The notes under the pieces: generated by a model
Told to the model about the DNA's origin: nothing
The model's input: only the letters and a program-made list of their open reading frames with translations
Database searches by the model: none
Made by a program: the position numbers and the translations under genes
Shown here: positions 60,401 through 64,000 of the stretch, piece after piece
How positions within the stretch are numbered: position 1 is the stretch's first letter
Layout: each line of letters starts with the position of its first letter
From: Lytechinus pictus
Lineage: Eukaryota
NCBI RefSeq assembly: GCF_037042905.1
Contig: NC_087252.1
Coordinates: 5,892,001-5,956,000 of the forward strand
Reading direction: 5' to 3'
Length of the DNA: 64,000 nt

Positions 60401-63400
60401 TCACATTATGATCTTTTATAAAAAGGAAAACACACAAGCTAAAAAGTACGATTGCAAAATAGTAAATGAATATATACAACACAACAAAAGTTAAGAGAGT
60501 AAATACTTTAAAACATTTAGAACATCAGGAAGAAATGAAAAATATATAAAAAGAAATACAGTAAGATTTACCTTAGTGTGATATAAGATGTGAAGTGAAA
60601 AAAAAAGTTTTATACATCGACGTGAAATCAAGTTAAAATAGGAATTGACCTCAATTTGACGAAGTATATCAATATCAATATTAATAGGCAGTGAAGAGTA
60701 TGAGCGGGAGGAGGCGGTAAGAGGGTAATAAGTATATATACGAACAGGTAATAAATGATTAAAAAGGGAAAATAGAAAACGATGATATAATAACTTAAAT
60801 GATATTACGATTAAAAAAAGAAAATGGAATACAAATATACGATGAGGGGAGAAACGGGACATGGATATTGTTGAAGATAACCACAACAATCTTTTATGTA
60901 TTTTCGTATGCAACACACAAAAATGCATATGTTGTTGTATATTTTGCTATCTTCAACAAACTAATACTTTTGAAAATGTATGAAAACCAAACATGCACGG
61001 ATGCGGCAGTAGTCTTCCGATTAGCAGAAGTACATGTATATTACATCGGGTAGGTTGATTTATGAATTAAGTTGTTATTGGATCCTTTATCTTTTTAGTT
61101 CTCGGGGGGGGGGGGTGGTTACCTTCATTGTATTCAAAGTCATGCACATAAGATTGGTCAAAAGAAAACAGTTTGTTCATGGTCACACGTCAGATAGAAC
61201 AAGAACGCCCGAATTTTGAAAATACAATGATTGTAAAATCTAGCATTTTTGGGGTTGATCCTGCTTGTTGTTTACTTGGTCGAACACAAATTAACACACA
61301 TGAACACATTTGAACGTTGCAGTATCAATACATTTTTAATTTATCAACTAGATCTCACCATACAGGTTTTTAGTCATCGGAGTGCTAACTTCCGCATTCA
61401 TTAGCATTTCACACTTGCATTTGTGTCTTATCTTCTTTTATCTCCTCCAAACATTTGCGTGATGTTTGGTGACTTGTTAGTAAAGCAATCCGATGGATCA
61501 TTCCACTTCAGCTCATCCAAGAGGAATTCTCTTTTTTAACAAAGGACGGATGAGGAGGAGAAGGAGGAGGAGACATGCATTTCTGACACGACATAAATGA
61601 TAACATCGTGTGTCGACGGATGTTATTCCGCGCGGTTTTGCAAATACTACAACGCATTTAGAGCAAACATTTTACGCGAATGATTAATGTTGCTTCCGAC
61701 GAACGCTGCAAAGGATGAGAGTATGTTTAGCCATGGTAGCGACGCAGTGCGAACGCATCCCCATCTAATGGTGTGTGCGACGCATTTCGGAAGGAATGAA
61801 GAGTTATTGTGACAGGTTGATGCCGGTATCGAGCAAACAAATTCACACTCTTAATGAGCCGGTTATAACATAGCATGTTACTTAAACCGTCAATAAACCG
61901 ATTTGACAGGAGGTTGGGAGTGGATTGAACAATGTCGAGTGAGAGACTTTGAGATGTGTGAGTGAGGGAAACGAACAGCTCTCACGTTTAGTGATCAAGA
62001 TCAGACACAAAGCGATAACAAAAAAACTTTAAAATTGAATAGTAATTTCGTCATTATTATAGATAAAACGATTCATTCTAGACTAAGATTTTATAATTCA
62101 CGCGTTATACTATATAGCATAGTCATTCTAAAAAAAATTATAGCTCCACAAATTCTTAATAATAGCCCCAAGAGCCACCATTCACAGAAGCGTAAATGTA
62201 AGTTATATTAGATACGAAATTAATCCTTATACGCACCTATACGAATTCATAATTAGAGTACTATGAAAATGTTGCCTGATTAGGTAAATACCATTTTATT
62301 ATCGTTTTCATGTGTGTATTTACCATGTTGATTTGTAACACGGTCTTTTATGAACCAATTTCGATTGATGATTACACTGTAGTCATTCTAACAGACAAAT
62401 GGATTTGACGATACATCTTCATTGTATAGCTTGCTAAGTAGTCCTAATAACAACCCATTGAAATGAAGTAGTCTGATTGTGAATGCTTGCTATCACCCAC
62501 TTCAGACGTACGCTAACATGGAGGCAAACATTGATATCATCGACCCGATAGCAAATACTATCCCCTTGTCAAGATATTCACCGGGGAATAGTATTTGGTG
62601 GCAGGAGTGGGATGCTGGAGAGGCTATTGTCGTTGTCACGTAATGTTGTTTGAGGGGAACTCTATGAGGTGTTATTAAACGTGTCATATGAAAGGTAAAG
62701 GGATGTCCCGGCGGAGCAAAGCTGTCTAAACCTCATCACTATACCACAATGCAACTGATATCCGCCATGAGGAGGAATGGGCTTGAGACGCTCCACGGGG
62801 TGACGTATTGATGTTTTATGGGACAATTCGTCAGATATTTATTTTCATTTCAAAGGAGGACTGAGTGACGATGCATGTATACATTATTGACATATCGGGA
62901 ATGCGCCTCCAGACAACGTGGAAAAGGAACCGAAACCGGGTAGCCAAATTTCACTGAAGTGAAATAATGAATTATAGCCTGACGTAGGGTGGTGTTTTAT
63001 CCTACAAAGTTTATTTTATCAGACAGTAACCATAGCAACAATCAGACATCCATGTTTCTCAGCCAATTATAGTCAAGAGAAAGTGTCAGTAGTGACAACA
63101 ATGCTGTAAAGCACACTTCTCAAGTTCAAATAGCGTTAAGAAATATCTTATATGCATCCTGTATCCTATATCGATTAGACATTTATTTTTTAGATATTTT
63201 TTCATGAAGAGACGGGAATGGGTGCTAACGACATAGGACCAAAAGTTCCTCAAATATATTTTGTCGTAATAAAAGCTGTCATTAGACCGTATGTACTGCA
63301 CATGCCTCTTGGGGGCTTATCAACATAAGTATGTCGAGGTCATCATCATCATTTGTAATGAAAACGAAATAACAAAATAAAATATCGACCATCTATTTTG

Positions 63401-64000
63401 TTTTGATATTCTGAAACGGTACCCCCCCCCATGATAGAAGACGAAAACATTTCGTAGAGACAGAAATATAGAAAAAAGGGAAACATGATTCAAGTGCTCC
63501 TTTGCTCTTATCGTCATAGCATGAAGCTTGAAGCCAACTAAATCTCTCAAGAATTACATATCTCGCAAATAAGGCGATCATATGTCACCGGCAATCGGAA
63601 AATTATGCGTAACTTTACGTCAAACGACTGGAAGCCTTGGGCGGGAAACTATTAATAATTTCATTTTTTTGCAAGGAAGACTAATAGCATTGGCAAGGTA
63701 AAGATGGTACTCACTCACTCAAAGTTATTTACTTCCGATTGCTAAAGGCATTGAATTTTGCGTTCAAGAGAATTCTTAAAACACAGTGATCCTTTGGTTG
63801 ACTGTGTAGAGCCAACTTTGGAAAATAAAATCTTGATAAATCAGCAATAATATTGTGACAAAAAATTCAATTGTAATTTCTATTTGTTATGCGATGGTTT
63901 ATTTTTCATTTCATTGTATTAAGATTGGGATCGTTCTTGATATACAATTTTATTTGTATTTATATCATATAGTGCCATCAATTATCTATGAGTATATTTT

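Noticed and set aside
58295..61580. Additional upstream KCNH coding exons (minus-strand donors at ~58294 and ~61357)
   Set aside because: Frames compatible with the downstream exons contain stops and show no PAS similarity; at most 5' UTR exons, which I cannot support.

Overview
AT-rich, intron-containing animal genomic DNA. The repeat families suggest an echinoderm, probably a sea urchin (inference). Three spliced genes can be reconstructed with consistent GT-AG boundaries and exon phases. (1) The 3' part of a + strand Ig-superfamily receptor (at least 5 Ig + 1 FN3 + TM + short tail with NPxY and a PDZ-type end; 1018-22179). (2) A complete + strand 5-Ig Kirre/Neph/nephrin-like type I membrane protein of about 795 aa with Lys/His/Asp-rich cytoplasmic tracts (28304-34256). 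(3) A - strand KCNH channel of the ERG type, about 945 aa (54401-41815), apparently lacking the PAS/EAG domain, with an EAG-like pore and an altered CNBHD intrinsic ligand. Introns carry many MITEs and tRNA-derived SINEs, including a three-level nest centred on a foldback element (12626-18089). The most unusual structure is a 12-copy ~85-bp tandem array of the splice acceptor plus the first ~19 codons of gene 1's transmembrane exon (19500-21330). It could switch the receptor between membrane-bound and secreted forms.
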